From an uncultured Pelagibacteraceae bacterium (GTDB taxonomy: Bacteria > Pseudomonadota > Alphaproteobacteria > Pelagibacterales > Pelagibacteraceae), in the NCBI GenBank assembly GCA_902527215.1, contig CABZOF010000003.1, forward strand, positions 130,649-194,648: a stretch of DNA of 64,000 nucleotides. The letters run 5' to 3'. Below, one piece after another: positions 29,941-41,463 of this stretch. Under the pieces are notes generated by a model. The model was not told where the DNA came from. It worked only from the letters and a program-made list of their open reading frames with translations, and searched no databases. Numbering within the stretch: the first letter of the stretch is position 1; the number at the start of each line of letters is the position of its first letter. The translations under genes and the position numbers were made by a program.

Positions 29941-31265
29941 TTTGATTTAGCTTTTAAAATTTGTGACGCAACTTCTTCAATATTTAATTTTTGAGTTTCT
30001 CCATTAATTTCTTTAAACTCAAATAAATCTCCATCAGTTTGATTTCCCAAAATCAACTGATAGGGAATACCAATTAAATTAAATTTCCTTATTTTTGCAG
30101 AAATATTTTCTTCAGTATCATCTATTATAGCATCTATATTTTTAGACTTTAAATATTCAAATATTTTATTCGATTTTTCTAAATTTGATGTATCATTTTT
30201 TTTAATCATTGGAATTATAGCACAATGATAAGGAGCAACTGATATTGGCCATTTCATTATTCCATCTTTATCGTTGTATTTAGCCTCAATTATGGCACCT
30301 ACTAATCTTGATACACCTATTCCATAAGATCCCATTTTAACAAATTCTTTTTTACCATTAAAATCTACTGCAGCACCCATTGGTTTTGAATATTTGTCTC
30401 CAAAATAGAATATATGACCTACCTCTATTCCTTTTGTATTTACTCTAAATTCTTCCGGAACTACTTTTTCAAATTCTTTTTGGTCAAACTTCTCATCTGT
30501 AACAGAATAAAATTTTTCATATTGCTGTCGTAAATCATTAAGTGAATTTTTTTCTAATAAAGTAGATGAGCTATTCACATCAAATATTCTTTTGTCTGTG
30601 TAAATTTTACTTTCACCAGTATCAGCAAGAATTATAAATTCATGGGAAAGATTTCCACCAATAGGCCCAGTATCCGCTGCCATAGGTATCGCAGATAAAT
30701 TTAATCTTTTAAAGGTTCTTAAATATGAAAGGAAAAATTTGTTATAAGAAAAAAGAGCCTCATCATCATTTAAGTCAAAAGAGTAAGCATCTTTCATATA
30801 AAACTCCCTACATCTCATAATTCCAAACCTTGGTCTTAATTCGTCTCTAAATTTCCATTGAATATGATATAATAGCTGTGGAAGTGATTTATAAGATTTA
30901 ATACTTGATCTAAAAATTTCTGTTATAAGCTCTTCATTGGTAGGTCCATACAACATTTCTCTATTTTGACGATCTTTAATACGCAACATCTCTTCTCCAT
31001 AATCATCATATCTTCCACTTTCTTTCCAAATTTCTGATGATTGAATTGTTGGCATTAGAATCTCCTGAACGCCAATTCTATCCTGTTCTTCTCTAACAAT
31101 TTGCTCTATTTTTTTCATAACTTTGAAACCGAGTGGTAACCATGAATAGATTCCAGCTGATGATTGTTTTATCATTCCAACTCTTAACATAAGCTGATGA
31201 GATTTAATTTTGGCTTCTGTAGGATTATTTTTTAGAATTGGTACAAATGATTTTGAAAAATACAT
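29937..31265 (-). CDS. proS: Proline--tRNA ligase (short alphaproteobacterial type without INS editing domain)
   Basis: SHQLMLRVG, GPTNEE, KFRDELRPRFG, GIEVGHIF, GSYGIGVSR. Confidence 0.97.
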   Translation of the reverse strand: MYFSKSFVPILKNNPTEAKIKSHQLMLRVGMIKQSSAGIYSWLPLGFKVMKKIEQIVREEQDRIGVQEILMPTIQSSEIWKESGRYDDYGEEMLRIKDRQNREMLYGPTNEELITEIFRSSIKSYKSLPQLLYHIQWKFRDELRPRFGIMRCREFYMKDAYSFDLNDDEALFSYNKFFLSYLRTFKRLNLSAIPMAADTGPIGGNLSHEFIILADTGESKIYTDKRIFDVNSSSTLLEKNSLNDLRQQYEKFYSVTDEKFDQKEFEKVVPEEFRVNTKGIEVGHIFYFGDKYSKPMGAAVDFNGKKEFVKMGSYGIGVSRLVGAIIEAKYNDKDGIMKWPISVAPYHCAIIPMIKKNDTSNLEKSNKIFEYLKSKNIDAIIDDTEENISAKIRKFNLIGIPYQLILGNQTDGDLFEFKEINGETQKLNIEEVASQILKAKSN

Positions 31266-31273
31266 TTTATTAT

Positions 31274-32932
31274 TTAAATTCTTACCAAGTTTATATTTGT
31301 TAGTGGTTTTTTCCCAGTTTTTTCTTTTGAAAATTTACGACAAGTTATTTTAAGAGCATCTATGAGATTGTCTTGTTGTTTCGTGTTGTTTAATGAAAAT
31401 GTTTTAATAGTTCTTTCTATTTCTTCCTCCAATCCATAAATAAACTCATCATTCTCATATACTGGTAGACCTCTAAAAGTTACCAAAGGTTTGTTGTGAA
31501 TGTTTCCTTTTGGTGTAATCATAATTGTAGCTTCTAAAAATCCATTTGATGAAATATTTCTTCTTTCTTTTATTGATCTAGAATCCTCCTCTACTGGAAC
31601 ATTTCCATCTAAATAAACTCTTCCACTTGGTGCTTTGTCATAGACCTCTGGTTTTTCTCCAGGATACAACTTAACAATATCACCGTTCTCTACTTGAACT
31701 GGGTATTTAACCTGCATCTCTTTTGCAAATTCAATGTGCTCCATCATGTGTCTGTGTTCACCGTGAACAGGGATAACTGCTTTTGGCCTAATCCAATTAT
31801 ACATGTCTCTTAAGTCCTCACGGTTAGGATGACCGGAAACATGAATATATTCATTATCTTCAGATATAACTTCGATACCCTCTTTGACCAAATTGTTATG
31901 AAGCTTATATAATTTCTTCTCATTTCCAGGGATAATTTTTGAAGAAAAAATTACAGTATCGTTTCTCTCAATAAAAACATCTGGGTGAGTATATTTAACT
32001 ATTCTATTCATAGCTCCCATTGGTTCACCCTGACTTCCAGTGCACAAATAAACAATTTTTTCTCTAGATATATTTTTTGCATCTCTTGGATCTATTGGAT
32101 CAATAACATTCTTAAGATAACCACATTGTCTTGCTGCTTTAAATATTCTGTGCATCGATCTTCCAACTAGTGAAATATGTCTTCCTGTTTGTTCTGCACA
32201 ATAAAAAACAGTTTCCATTCTGGCTACATTAGATGCAAATGAAGTAACGATTATTCTTTTTTTTAATCTTTCAAAAACCTTAAGTAAATTTTTACGCACA
32301 TCAAGTTCAGACCCTGCTCTACCTGCACTAAATACATTTGTAGAGTCACAAATCATAGCTAATACACCTTCGTTGCCTATTTCCTTTAATCTTTCAGAGT
32401 TTATATTTCCACCTATCAAAGGATCTGGATCGCATTTCCAATCTCCGGTATGTAGTATATTTCCAGCTGGTGTTTGTATTTTAAGACCATTAGGTTCTAA
32501 TATTGAATGAGTAAGTGTAACAAACTCTATTTTAAAGGGATCTAGTTTAATTGTACTATTAAGTTCTACTATTTTTAAATAACTAGTTATATCAATTTTT
32601 TTTTCTTTAAATTTTTCAGTAATTAATACTGAGGTAAAAGGTGTAGCATAAATTTTACATTTTAATTTTGGCCATACATGAGCTATAGCTCCAATATGAT
32701 CTTCATGAGCATGTGTTAGGACTATGCCTAGCAAGTCATCTTTTTTATCTATTATAAATCCTGGATCTGGATATATGATATCAACGCCAGGTACTGTATC
32801 ATCTGCAAATGTAACACCAACGTCAACAATAATCCATTTTTGATTGTCTGGCTTACCATATGCAAATAGGTTCATATTCATCCCTATTTCACCAGATCCT
32901 CCTAGAGGACAAAATAATAATTCATCTTTCAT
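31274..32932 (-). CDS. rnj: Ribonuclease J
   Basis: PLGGSGEIGMN, THAHEDHIG, HTGDWK, GSQGEP, HVSGH. Confidence 0.96.
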   Translation of the reverse strand: MKDELLFCPLGGSGEIGMNMNLFAYGKPDNQKWIIVDVGVTFADDTVPGVDIIYPDPGFIIDKKDDLLGIVLTHAHEDHIGAIAHVWPKLKCKIYATPFTSVLITEKFKEKKIDITSYLKIVELNSTIKLDPFKIEFVTLTHSILEPNGLKIQTPAGNILHTGDWKCDPDPLIGGNINSERLKEIGNEGVLAMICDSTNVFSAGRAGSELDVRKNLLKVFERLKKRIIVTSFASNVARMETVFYCAEQTGRHISLVGRSMHRIFKAARQCGYLKNVIDPIDPRDAKNISREKIVYLCTGSQGEPMGAMNRIVKYTHPDVFIERNDTVIFSSKIIPGNEKKLYKLHNNLVKEGIEVISEDNEYIHVSGHPNREDLRDMYNWIRPKAVIPVHGEHRHMMEHIEFAKEMQVKYPVQVENGDIVKLYPGEKPEVYDKAPSGRVYLDGNVPVEEDSRSIKERRNISSNGFLEATIMITPKGNIHNKPLVTFRGLPVYENDEFIYGLEEEIERTIKTFSLNNTKQQDNLIDALKITCRKFSKEKTGKKPLTNINLVRI

Positions 32933-32937
32933 TTTTT

Positions 32938-33678
32938 TTAATTTATAGCTACTCTTAAGATACCTTTAATTGTTAAATTTTTATCAACCGTTTTAATACC
33001 CTTAATTGATGATTTAAATAAGTGTGCAAATCCACCTGTAAGTATAATTTTAAACTTCTTTCTAGTTTGTTTTAAAATAAGTTTAATTATATTTTCGATT
33101 AAACCAGCATAACCATGATAAAAACCAGCTCTTACAGCAGTTTTAGTGTTTTTGCCAATGACATTTGCTGTCTTTTCTAGCTTAATTTTAGGTATTAAAG
33201 AGGCTTTATCTATTAAATTTTTCAAGGAAAGTTCTACACCCGGCGCTAAAACACCACCAATATAATCTTTTTTAATAACAATATCAAAATTGGTAGCCGT
33301 TCCAAAATCAACTATAATATAATTAAACCTACTATCAATAACTGCAATCGCATTAGCCAAACGATCAGAACCAATTTGTTTTCTATTGACTTTTATATTA
33401 ATAAATTTTTTTAAATTACATGTTTTTAATTCAACACAGTTCAATTTAGTAATTTCTTTAATGGTTTTTTTTATTATTTTATAAGAGTTAGGGACAACTG
33501 AACTAAAGAGTACTTTTCTAAGTTTAGAATTATATTTTCTTAAAAATAATAATTTTTTATTGAGAGTTTTTTTATTTAAATTTTTCTTATGAATTTTAAT
33601 ATTTTTGATCAATTTTAAGTTATTATTAAATAAACAAATTTTAATCGCAGTATTTCCAATATCGCCAATTAAATACAT
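32938..33678 (-). CDS. coaX: Type III pantothenate kinase
   Basis: GDIGNT, IGSDRLAN, VDFGTATNFD, GGVLAPG, ILTGG. Confidence 0.95.
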   Translation of the reverse strand: MYLIGDIGNTAIKICLFNNNLKLIKNIKIHKKNLNKKTLNKKLLFLRKYNSKLRKVLFSSVVPNSYKIIKKTIKEITKLNCVELKTCNLKKFINIKVNRKQIGSDRLANAIAVIDSRFNYIIVDFGTATNFDIVIKKDYIGGVLAPGVELSLKNLIDKASLIPKIKLEKTANVIGKNTKTAVRAGFYHGYAGLIENIIKLILKQTRKKFKIILTGGFAHLFKSSIKGIKTVDKNLTIKGILRVAIN

Positions 33679-33681
33679 ATA

Positions 33682-34206
33682 TTAAACTCCAAATGCGTGT
33701 AGGTTTTTTTCATACAGCAATTTAATTTCTTTAAATAATTCAAGTCTTTTTAATTTTTTATTTGTATAATTATTTAAAAATGTAGTTGGATAATTATTAA
33801 TTTTTGGACTACTAGAAACATTAATTCCAATTCCTACAATTAAGTATTTTTTATTCTGCATAAAAATTGTTTCTTGTAAAATTCCACATACCTTTTTTTT
33901 ATTTATTAATATATCATTAGGTTTTTTTATTAGCATTAGAGTGTTTATTTTTTTATATATTATTTTTTTAATTATTTTTAAATTTAAATTTATTATTTTT
34001 GATAAAGGTATTTTTTTACTAATTTCAAAGAAGACTGATAAAAACAAATTACCTTTAATAGATATCCATTTATTTTTTCTTTGTCCTTTACCTTTTGTTT
34101 GTTGATCTGTTAAAATTATTCCTCTTTGATTGCCTTGCTTAATTAATCTTAGGGCTACTTTGTTAGTGCTTTCAACTTTTTTGTATAAATATTTTTTTAA
34201 TTTCAT
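33682..34206 (-). CDS. birA: Biotin--protein ligase, minimal catalytic domain
   Basis: STN, QTKGKGQ...W, GNLFLS, KPNDI, KVCGILQE, IVGIGIN; nuoN-birA-coaX synteny. Confidence 0.85.
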   Translation of the reverse strand: MKLKKYLYKKVESTNKVALRLIKQGNQRGIILTDQQTKGKGQRKNKWISIKGNLFLSVFFEISKKIPLSKIINLNLKIIKKIIYKKINTLMLIKKPNDILINKKKVCGILQETIFMQNKKYLIVGIGINVSSSPKINNYPTTFLNNYTNKKLKRLELFKEIKLLYEKNLHAFGV

Positions 34207-35621
34207 TAGATCATGTTAATTTTAGATACTATTTCTGTTATGCCGCTCGGATATATAAAGTATGCTAAAATAAATATTGTTGAAATAGCTAAAGTAATTT
34301 TTAATCCTAGATTATGAGATGTTTCGAATTCTTCTTTTTCTGGATCAAAATATATTATTTTTATAATTCTTAGATAATAAAAAGCTGCAACCACAGTTGC
34401 TAATAATCCAACAATTGCTAAAAAATACATTGACTGTTCTATAACAGCTAAAAAAACATAAAATTTTGCAAAGAAGCCAGCTAGTGGAGGTATTCCAGCT
34501 AAAGAAAATAAAACTATTAATAATGAGAAAGATAAAATTGGATGTTTTTTAGAAAGCCCAGATAAATCCTCTATATTCTCATAATATTTATCATTTCTTT
34601 TAAGCATAAATAAGCAGCTAAAAAAGGCTAAATTCATTACCAAATAAATAGATATATAAGTAATGGAACTTTGTATTCCTTGGTTACTAACTGTTGCTAA
34701 TCCAGCCAACGAATAACCCATGTGACTGATTGAACTATAAGCAATTAATCTTTTTAAGTTTTTTTGACCTATGGCTGCTACGGCACCAAATATCATTGAA
34801 GCTATTGAAATAAATACAATAATAGTTTGCCACTGGTCATTCATACTAGCAAAAGGTGTGTACAAAAACTTAATGAATACAGAGAGCGCAGCTATTTTTG
34901 GAAGTATAGCAAAGAATAATGTTACAGATGTTGGCGAGCCTTGATAGACATCTGGGGCCCACATATGAAAAGGTACAGCTGATATTTTAAATGCAAGACC
35001 AACTAAAATAAAGACTATCCCAAACGTAGTACCATAATTAAATTCAGTAGAGTTTATAAGTATTTGATCAAAATTTGTGCTTTCAGAAAATCCATAAGTT
35101 AATGAACACCCATATAACAGCAAACCAGATGATAATGCGCTAAGAACAAAATATTTTAGTCCAGATTCTGTAGAAAGTAAATTGTCTCTATTAAAAGATG
35201 CAAGAACATACAGAGCCAATGATTGTAGTTCAAGGCCCATGTAAAAAACAATTAAATCATTTGAACTTATCATTATCATCATTCCTAAAATGCTGCTTAG
35301 AATGAGGATTGGGTATTCAATTTTATTTAAATTGATAACTTGAATATATTTGGATCCAGTTAGCATTACAAAAATTCCAGATCCAACAAGTATAATCTTC
35401 ATATAATTAGATAAATTGTCTAATAAATATGAATTATTAAATAAGAAAATTTTTTCTAATGAGCTAAGATTTATTATTAGTGCCAATAAAATAACTAGCG
35501 ATATATTAGATAAATTATAAATTAAACTTGCGCTATTTTTTTTGAAAACTCCAAATAGTAAAAACAGCATTATAGAGACCGATATGAAGATTTCAGGTAA
35601 TATATATTGAAAATTTTCCAT
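34206..35621 (-). CDS. nuoN: NADH:quinone oxidoreductase subunit N
   Basis: LELQSL, ESGLKYF, FKISAVPFHMWAPDVY, KRLIAYSSI. Confidence 0.97.
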   Translation of the reverse strand: MENFQYILPEIFISVSIMLFLLFGVFKKNSASLIYNLSNISLVILLALIINLSSLEKIFLFNNSYLLDNLSNYMKIILVGSGIFVMLTGSKYIQVINLNKIEYPILILSSILGMMIMISSNDLIVFYMGLELQSLALYVLASFNRDNLLSTESGLKYFVLSALSSGLLLYGCSLTYGFSESTNFDQILINSTEFNYGTTFGIVFILVGLAFKISAVPFHMWAPDVYQGSPTSVTLFFAILPKIAALSVFIKFLYTPFASMNDQWQTIIVFISIASMIFGAVAAIGQKNLKRLIAYSSISHMGYSLAGLATVSNQGIQSSITYISIYLVMNLAFFSCLFMLKRNDKYYENIEDLSGLSKKHPILSFSLLIVLFSLAGIPPLAGFFAKFYVFLAVIEQSMYFLAIVGLLATVVAAFYYLRIIKIIYFDPEKEEFETSHNLGLKITLAISTIFILAYFIYPSGITEIVSKINMI

Positions 35622-37117
35622 TAGTCTTTTGATGCAAGGCTGTTAATTAAATCAAAGTTGTACATGGTTAAAGTATTCTCGACTGACGATTCAATTGAAT
35701 TCATTAAAGGCTCTGGATAAAAACCAAAAAATAAAATTGGTATTACTAGAGCTGATAAGGTGATAATTTCAAAAGTTTTTAAATCTTTCATACTTTTAAG
35801 CTCTTGATTATTAATTTTGCCGAAAACAACCCTTTTAAATAGCCACAGCATATATGCTGCTCCTAAAATTACTCCCAAACTTGCAATCATCGCTACTAGG
35901 ATATTTTTCTCAAATGCACCCATTAAAATTAAAAATTCTCCTATAAAGCCTGTTGTTCCAGGTAGTCCAAGAGCACCTAGTGTAAATACCATAAAAACAA
36001 TTGCATATCTTGGCATTATAGAGACTAAACCGCCATATTTATTTATTAGTCTTGTATGATGCCTTTCATAAACAACCCCAACACTTAAGAAGAGCGCTGC
36101 AGATATAAGTCCATGACTAATCATTTGGAAAATACTTCCCTCAATACCTTGTTGAGTCATTGTGAAGATACCTAGTGTTACAAATCCCATATGAGCAACT
36201 GAGGAGTATGCTATGAGTTTTTTCATATCTTCCTGCATCAAAGCAACTAGAGATGTATAAATAATCGCAATTAAACTTAATATATAAACTAACATAGTGA
36301 AATATTCAGAAGCTATAGGAAATAATCCTATCGAAAATCTAATAAATCCATATCCAGCCATTTTAAGCAATATTGATGCTAGCAATACAGATCCAACAGT
36401 TGGAGCTTCTACATGAGCATCTGGCAGCCACGTATGTACTGGCCACATAGGAGTTTTAACTGCAAAAGAACTGAAAAATGCTAACCATAATAAATTTTGA
36501 TATTCGGCCTTTATGCCAAGTTCATAAAGTTTTTCAACATCAGTGGTTCCTGTTATCCAATAAATTGAAATAATAGCAACCAACATAAGAACTGATCCTA
36601 ATAAAGTGTACAGAAAAAATTTAAAAGCCGAATAGACTCTTCTTTCTCCACCCCAAATACCAATTATTAAAAACATTGGTATAAGACCTGCCTCAAAAAA
36701 TAAATAAAATACTACTAGATCAAGTGAACAGAAAACACCAATCATAAATGTTTCCATTATTAATATGGCAATTAAGAAATCCTTAAGTCTATTTTTAATT
36801 GTAGCATTAACTGAAATAATGCAAATTGGAGTTATGAAAGTTGTTAATATTACAAATAAAATTGAAATACCATCTATTCCAACTTTATAATTAATGAATC
36901 CTGACAGCCATTCTCTATTTTCTACAAATTGAAAGTCTATTGAATTTTTATCAAAAACATACCAAAGATATAAAGATAATAAAAAATTTGCTAAAGAAAT
37001 AAATAAAGCTACATATTTGGAACTTTGATATTTTCCACTTGATGATTTTGTGAATAATATAAATAAAGCACCTATTGTAGGTAGCAAAATTAATGATGAT
37101 AAAATTGGAAAGTTCAT
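35621..37117 (-). CDS. nuoM: NADH:quinone oxidoreductase subunit M
   Basis: VKTPMWPVHTWLPDAHVEAP, DMKKLIAYSSVAHMG. Confidence 0.97.
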   Translation of the reverse strand: MNFPILSSLILLPTIGALFILFTKSSSGKYQSSKYVALFISLANFLLSLYLWYVFDKNSIDFQFVENREWLSGFINYKVGIDGISILFVILTTFITPICIISVNATIKNRLKDFLIAILIMETFMIGVFCSLDLVVFYLFFEAGLIPMFLIIGIWGGERRVYSAFKFFLYTLLGSVLMLVAIISIYWITGTTDVEKLYELGIKAEYQNLLWLAFFSSFAVKTPMWPVHTWLPDAHVEAPTVGSVLLASILLKMAGYGFIRFSIGLFPIASEYFTMLVYILSLIAIIYTSLVALMQEDMKKLIAYSSVAHMGFVTLGIFTMTQQGIEGSIFQMISHGLISAALFLSVGVVYERHHTRLINKYGGLVSIMPRYAIVFMVFTLGALGLPGTTGFIGEFLILMGAFEKNILVAMIASLGVILGAAYMLWLFKRVVFGKINNQELKSMKDLKTFEIITLSALVIPILFFGFYPEPLMNSIESSVENTLTMYNFDLINSLASKD

Positions 37118-39030
37118 CAGTTTAATATCAGTATTGTTAGTAAAACTGAAAATCCAATCAACATAACAAATGCATATTGGTAAATAAATCCAGATTGCAA
37201 TTTGGTTGCTTTAATTGATAAATTTTTAATTACACTCGAAACCCCATCAGGACCAAATTTATCTATTATCGACCCATCAACTTTTTTCCATAAAAACTTT
37301 CCAATTCTTTTTGAAGGATTAACAAATAAGTAATCATATATTTCATCAAAGTACCATTTCTTAACTAAAAATTGATAAATTGGTTCATTCATTTCTTTCA
37401 ATCCTATAACTATGTTTTTATTTTTTAGATATAAATAATAAGAAAATGGAATAGCAGCAGTTACAAGTATAGGTGTTAAAAACAAAAACCATGTTGGTGG
37501 ATGATCTGTGCTGAGTGGTTCTAAAAATTTTATAGATTTACCCCAAAATTCATATGCTATTTCATGCCCTATAAATAAGCCTTTAAAGGCCATACCTGCA
37601 AAAATAGCTCCTATTGCCAAGATTACTAATGGGGCAATCATAACCAAAGGAGACTCGTGTATTTTATCAACACTAAGTTCTTTATTGTTAAAATTACCAT
37701 GGAACGTTTTAAAAATAAGTCTCCATGAGTAAATTGAAGTTAATAAAGCTGTAACAATACCCACAAAAGCTGCAAGTATTCCAACGCCATTTCCTCTTAG
37801 GTACGCAAATTCTATTATTGCATCTTTAGAGTAAAAACCTGATAAAAAAGGAAAACCTGTTAAAGCAAGAGTTCCTATTAGCATTAATACATATGTGTAT
37901 GGGAGTTTCTTTATAACTCCACCCATTTTATTTATATCTTGTTCTTCATGAAACGAATGAATTACAGCACCCGCTCCTAAAAATAGCAAAGCTTTAAAAA
38001 AGGCATGGGTAAATAGATGAAACATCGCAACATTGTAGGCACCTACTCCAGCAGCAAAGAACATATAGCCCAACTGACTACAAGTAGAATAAGCAATAAT
38101 TTTTTTTATATCATTTTGAACAAGTGCAACTGTTGCTGCAAAGAAAGCAGTAGTCATTCCAATTATGGTTATAACTGTGAGAGCTAGTGGAGAGTATTCA
38201 TATATAGGTGAGCATCTAACAATCAGAAACACCCCTGCTGTTACCATTGTTGCTGCATGAATTAATGCGGATACTGGTGTTGGGCCCTCCATAGCATCAG
38301 GCAACCAGGTATGTAATAAAAATTGAGCTGATTTACCCATTGCTCCAATTAACAAAAGTAAACAAATCAAATCAACAATTTCTATATTAATACCGATAAA
38401 ATAAATTTTTTTATCTAATACGTTTGGGATTTGTTCAAAAACTTCGTCATAATTGACTGTACCAAAAATGTAAAAAATCAGAAAAATTCCAAGTGCTAAA
38501 CCAAAGTCGCCAACTCTATTAACAACAAAGGCTTTTATTGCAGCCTTGTTTGCACTCTCTTTTTTAAACCAAAATCCAATTAAAAAATATGAGCATAAGC
38601 CTACACCTTCCCACCCAAAAAATAGTTGAATAAAATTGTCTGAACTTATTAAAGTTAACATTGCAAAAGTGAATAAAGACAAATATGCCATGAATCTTGT
38701 TTTATGAGGATCGTGTGACATGTAACCAATTGAATAAATATGAACTAAGGCTGAAACTAAGTTTACCACAACAAACATAACTGCTGATAAAGTGTCAATT
38801 TTTATCGACCAATTAACATTTAATGTTCCAGAGTTAATCCAAGTAGCTATAACAAGATTGTTTGAATAATCTGAACTAATAACTTTATACAAAACAAGTA
38901 AAGAGAGTATTGCTGAAATACTCACAAACGAACTTGTCAAAATTTGAGAATTTCTGTCTCCTACTTTGTTTCCAAAAAAACCACTAATCACAGCTCCTAT
39001 TAGAGGTAGAAATAAAATTAGGTATTCCAT
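37117..39030 (-). CDS. nuoL: NADH:quinone oxidoreductase subunit L
   Basis: GWEGVGLCSY, NRVGD, KSAQFLLHTWLPDAMEGPTPVSALIHAATMV. Confidence 0.98.
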   Translation of the reverse strand: MEYLILFLPLIGAVISGFFGNKVGDRNSQILTSSFVSISAILSLLVLYKVISSDYSNNLVIATWINSGTLNVNWSIKIDTLSAVMFVVVNLVSALVHIYSIGYMSHDPHKTRFMAYLSLFTFAMLTLISSDNFIQLFFGWEGVGLCSYFLIGFWFKKESANKAAIKAFVVNRVGDFGLALGIFLIFYIFGTVNYDEVFEQIPNVLDKKIYFIGINIEIVDLICLLLLIGAMGKSAQFLLHTWLPDAMEGPTPVSALIHAATMVTAGVFLIVRCSPIYEYSPLALTVITIIGMTTAFFAATVALVQNDIKKIIAYSTCSQLGYMFFAAGVGAYNVAMFHLFTHAFFKALLFLGAGAVIHSFHEEQDINKMGGVIKKLPYTYVLMLIGTLALTGFPFLSGFYSKDAIIEFAYLRGNGVGILAAFVGIVTALLTSIYSWRLIFKTFHGNFNNKELSVDKIHESPLVMIAPLVILAIGAIFAGMAFKGLFIGHEIAYEFWGKSIKFLEPLSTDHPPTWFLFLTPILVTAAIPFSYYLYLKNKNIVIGLKEMNEPIYQFLVKKWYFDEIYDYLFVNPSKRIGKFLWKKVDGSIIDKFGPDGVSSVIKNLSIKATKLQSGFIYQYAFVMLIGFSVLLTILILN

Positions 39031-39031
39031 T

Positions 39032-39343
39032 TTATCCTTTTAAATTTTTAATTTCTTCAACTCTTATTGTGTCTGAATTTCTAAAATAAACTACAATTAT
39101 GGCTAATCCGATAGCTGCCTCAGCAGCAGCAACTGTTAAAATAAATAGTGTAAATATTTGCCCACTTAAATCATTGATAAATATTGAAAAGGCAACAAGG
39201 TTTATGTTTACTGCTAGTAAAATTAGCTCAATACTCATTAAAATAACTATTACATTTTTTCTATTAAGGAAAATCCCTACAACACCAATCGTAAATATAA
39301 TTGCAGCTAATGTTAAATAATGACCTAAACCTATGCTAAGCAT
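39032..39343 (-). CDS. nuoK: NADH:quinone oxidoreductase subunit K
   Basis: [20 protein letters not shown]. Confidence 0.97.
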   Translation of the reverse strand: MLSIGLGHYLTLAAIIFTIGVVGIFLNRKNVIVILMSIELILLAVNINLVAFSIFINDLSGQIFTLFILTVAAAEAAIGLAIIVVYFRNSDTIRVEEIKNLKG

Positions 39344-39971
39344 CTATTTTAACTCCTTTATTTCTCTCAGCCTCAACTAAATCAACACCTTCATCTCTTT
39401 CTCTAGAAATTTGCTTAACATAACTCTGTCTTTTAACTCCGACTCTTTCTCTATAAGTTAAAACAATTGCCCCTATCATAGCAACTAACAAAATCATTCC
39501 TGAAATTTGAAATAGAAGTATATAATCCGTATATAAAACATTTCCAATAGATCTAGTATTAGTGACCTCAGTAGATATATTTATAGAAAGGCTATTTAAT
39601 AAATCAGGTTTATATTTCCATCCTCCAATTACAATTATAAGTTCAAAAAAAATAATTAAGCTAACTAATAAACCAACTGGTATATGGGTTCCACCATCCC
39701 ACCTTGAGCTAAACCATTGGCCTTTTTGTTCAGCTACGTTTAACATCATCACAACGAATAAAAATAGAACTGCAACTGCTCCAACATAAACAATAAGCAT
39801 TATCATGCCTAAAAATTCTGCACCTATCATAATAAATAAACAGGATATACTAATAAAATCTAGGATTAAAAAAAATACAGAGTGAACTGTATTTTTTGAG
39901 ACTGTTACCATGACTGCAGAAACAATGGCTATTAAGGAGAAAATATAGAAGAATACTGAGTGTGCAATCAT
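39336..39971 (-). CDS. nuoJ: NADH:quinone oxidoreductase subunit J
   Basis: [34 protein letters not shown]. Confidence 0.96.
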   Translation of the reverse strand: MIAHSVFFYIFSLIAIVSAVMVTVSKNTVHSVFFLILDFISISCLFIMIGAEFLGMIMLIVYVGAVAVLFLFVVMMLNVAEQKGQWFSSRWDGGTHIPVGLLVSLIIFFELIIVIGGWKYKPDLLNSLSINISTEVTNTRSIGNVLYTDYILLFQISGMILLVAMIGAIVLTYRERVGVKRQSYVKQISRERDEGVDLVEAERNKGVKIDA

Positions 39972-39975
39972 AAGA

Positions 39976-40461
39976 TTACCTGTGAGAACTATCAGCCTTT
40001 ATATTTGCAGCTAAAATATTTTCCCACCTGTCTCCATTTTCCAAGAGTTTTTCTTTTGTATAATAAAGCTCTTCTCTAGACTCTGTTGCAAATTCAAAAT
40101 TAGGACCTTGGACAATCGCATCTACGGGACACGACTCTTCACAAAGACCACAATATATACACTTAAGCATATCAATATCATATCTTACAGTTTTTCTACT
40201 ACCATCATCTCTTTCCTTCGACTCAATTGTAATAGCTTGGGCTGGACATACAGCTTCACACAGCTTACAAGCTATGCATCTTTCTTCACCGTTAGGATAT
40301 CTTCTAAGAGCATGCTCCCCTCTAGACCTTGTTCCTAAAGATCCCTTTTCAAAAGGATAATTGATTGTCTTTTTTGCCTTAAAAGTCTCTTTTATTGCGA
40401 TTAATAAACCAGTCACAAAATCAATCATGAATATAGTTTTTAATAATCTTGAAATTTTCAT
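39976..40461 (-). CDS. nuoI: NADH:quinone oxidoreductase subunit I
   Basis: [14 protein letters not shown] and [12 protein letters not shown] ferredoxin motifs. Confidence 0.98.
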   Translation of the reverse strand: MKISRLLKTIFMIDFVTGLLIAIKETFKAKKTINYPFEKGSLGTRSRGEHALRRYPNGEERCIACKLCEAVCPAQAITIESKERDDGSRKTVRYDIDMLKCIYCGLCEESCPVDAIVQGPNFEFATESREELYYTKEKLLENGDRWENILAANIKADSSHR

Positions 40462-41463
40462 TTATTTCCCTGGTAGTAAATCAAAATATAGTAAAAAACT
40501 TGAAGTTAAAACAACATAAAACAGTGAAAATGGGAGAAATATCTTCCAACCAAGCTTCATTAATTGGTCATATCTGTATCTTGGAACAGTTGCTTTAACT
40601 AACGCAAATAAAATAAATAAAAATAATATTTTAAAGATTAACCAAAAAGGACCTGGAATAGCATTAAATGGGAAGATGTCTATAGGAGATAACCAGCCAC
40701 CCAAAAATAAAACTGATCCCATTGCACACATTAACAAAATATTTGCATACTCTCCCAACCAAAACATAGCATACATCATTCCTGAATATTCAGTTTGATA
40801 TCCTGCCACTAATTCTGCTTCTGCTTCTGGTAAATCAAATGGAGGACGATTTGTTTCAGCTAGTGCAGAAATAAAAAAAATTACAAACATAGGAAACAAA
40901 GGAATTACAAACCATAAATTTTGTTGTGCCATAACGATGTCACTTAAGTTTAAAGATCCAACACATAATAGAACATTGATTATAATAACTCCTATTGAAA
41001 CTTCATATGATACCATTTGTGCAGCAGATCTGATTGCACCTAAAAAAGGGTATTTAGAGTTGGAAGCCCACCCTCCCATAATTATTCCATATACACCTAA
41101 TGATGAAACTGCAAAAAGATATAAAATACCAACATTGATGTCAGCCAGAACAAAATCTTCACCAAATGGTATTACAGCCCACGATATTAATGCTAATGTC
41201 ATAGTCACGACCGGAGCTAATACAAATACAAGTTTATTTGAGCTTGCAGGTATTATTATTTCTTTAAAAATATATTTTAATGCATCAGCTAATGATTGAA
41301 ATAAACCAAATGGACCAACAACATTTGGTCCTCTCCTTTTTTGTACAAAGGCCCAAACTCTTCTATCAAGCCAAACAATCATTGCTACAGAAACTAAAAC
41401 AGGTACTAATAAAAATATAATTTTATAAACTTCAGTAAATAATATTAAAAAATAAGAGTCCAT
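40462..41463 (-). CDS. nuoH: NADH:quinone oxidoreductase subunit H
   Basis: [40 protein letters not shown]. Confidence 0.98.
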   Translation of the reverse strand: MDSYFLILFTEVYKIIFLLVPVLVSVAMIVWLDRRVWAFVQKRRGPNVVGPFGLFQSLADALKYIFKEIIIPASSNKLVFVLAPVVTMTLALISWAVIPFGEDFVLADINVGILYLFAVSSLGVYGIIMGGWASNSKYPFLGAIRSAAQMVSYEVSIGVIIINVLLCVGSLNLSDIVMAQQNLWFVIPLFPMFVIFFISALAETNRPPFDLPEAEAELVAGYQTEYSGMMYAMFWLGEYANILLMCAMGSVLFLGGWLSPIDIFPFNAIPGPFWLIFKILFLFILFALVKATVPRYRYDQLMKLGWKIFLPFSLFYVVLTSSFLLYFDLLPGK

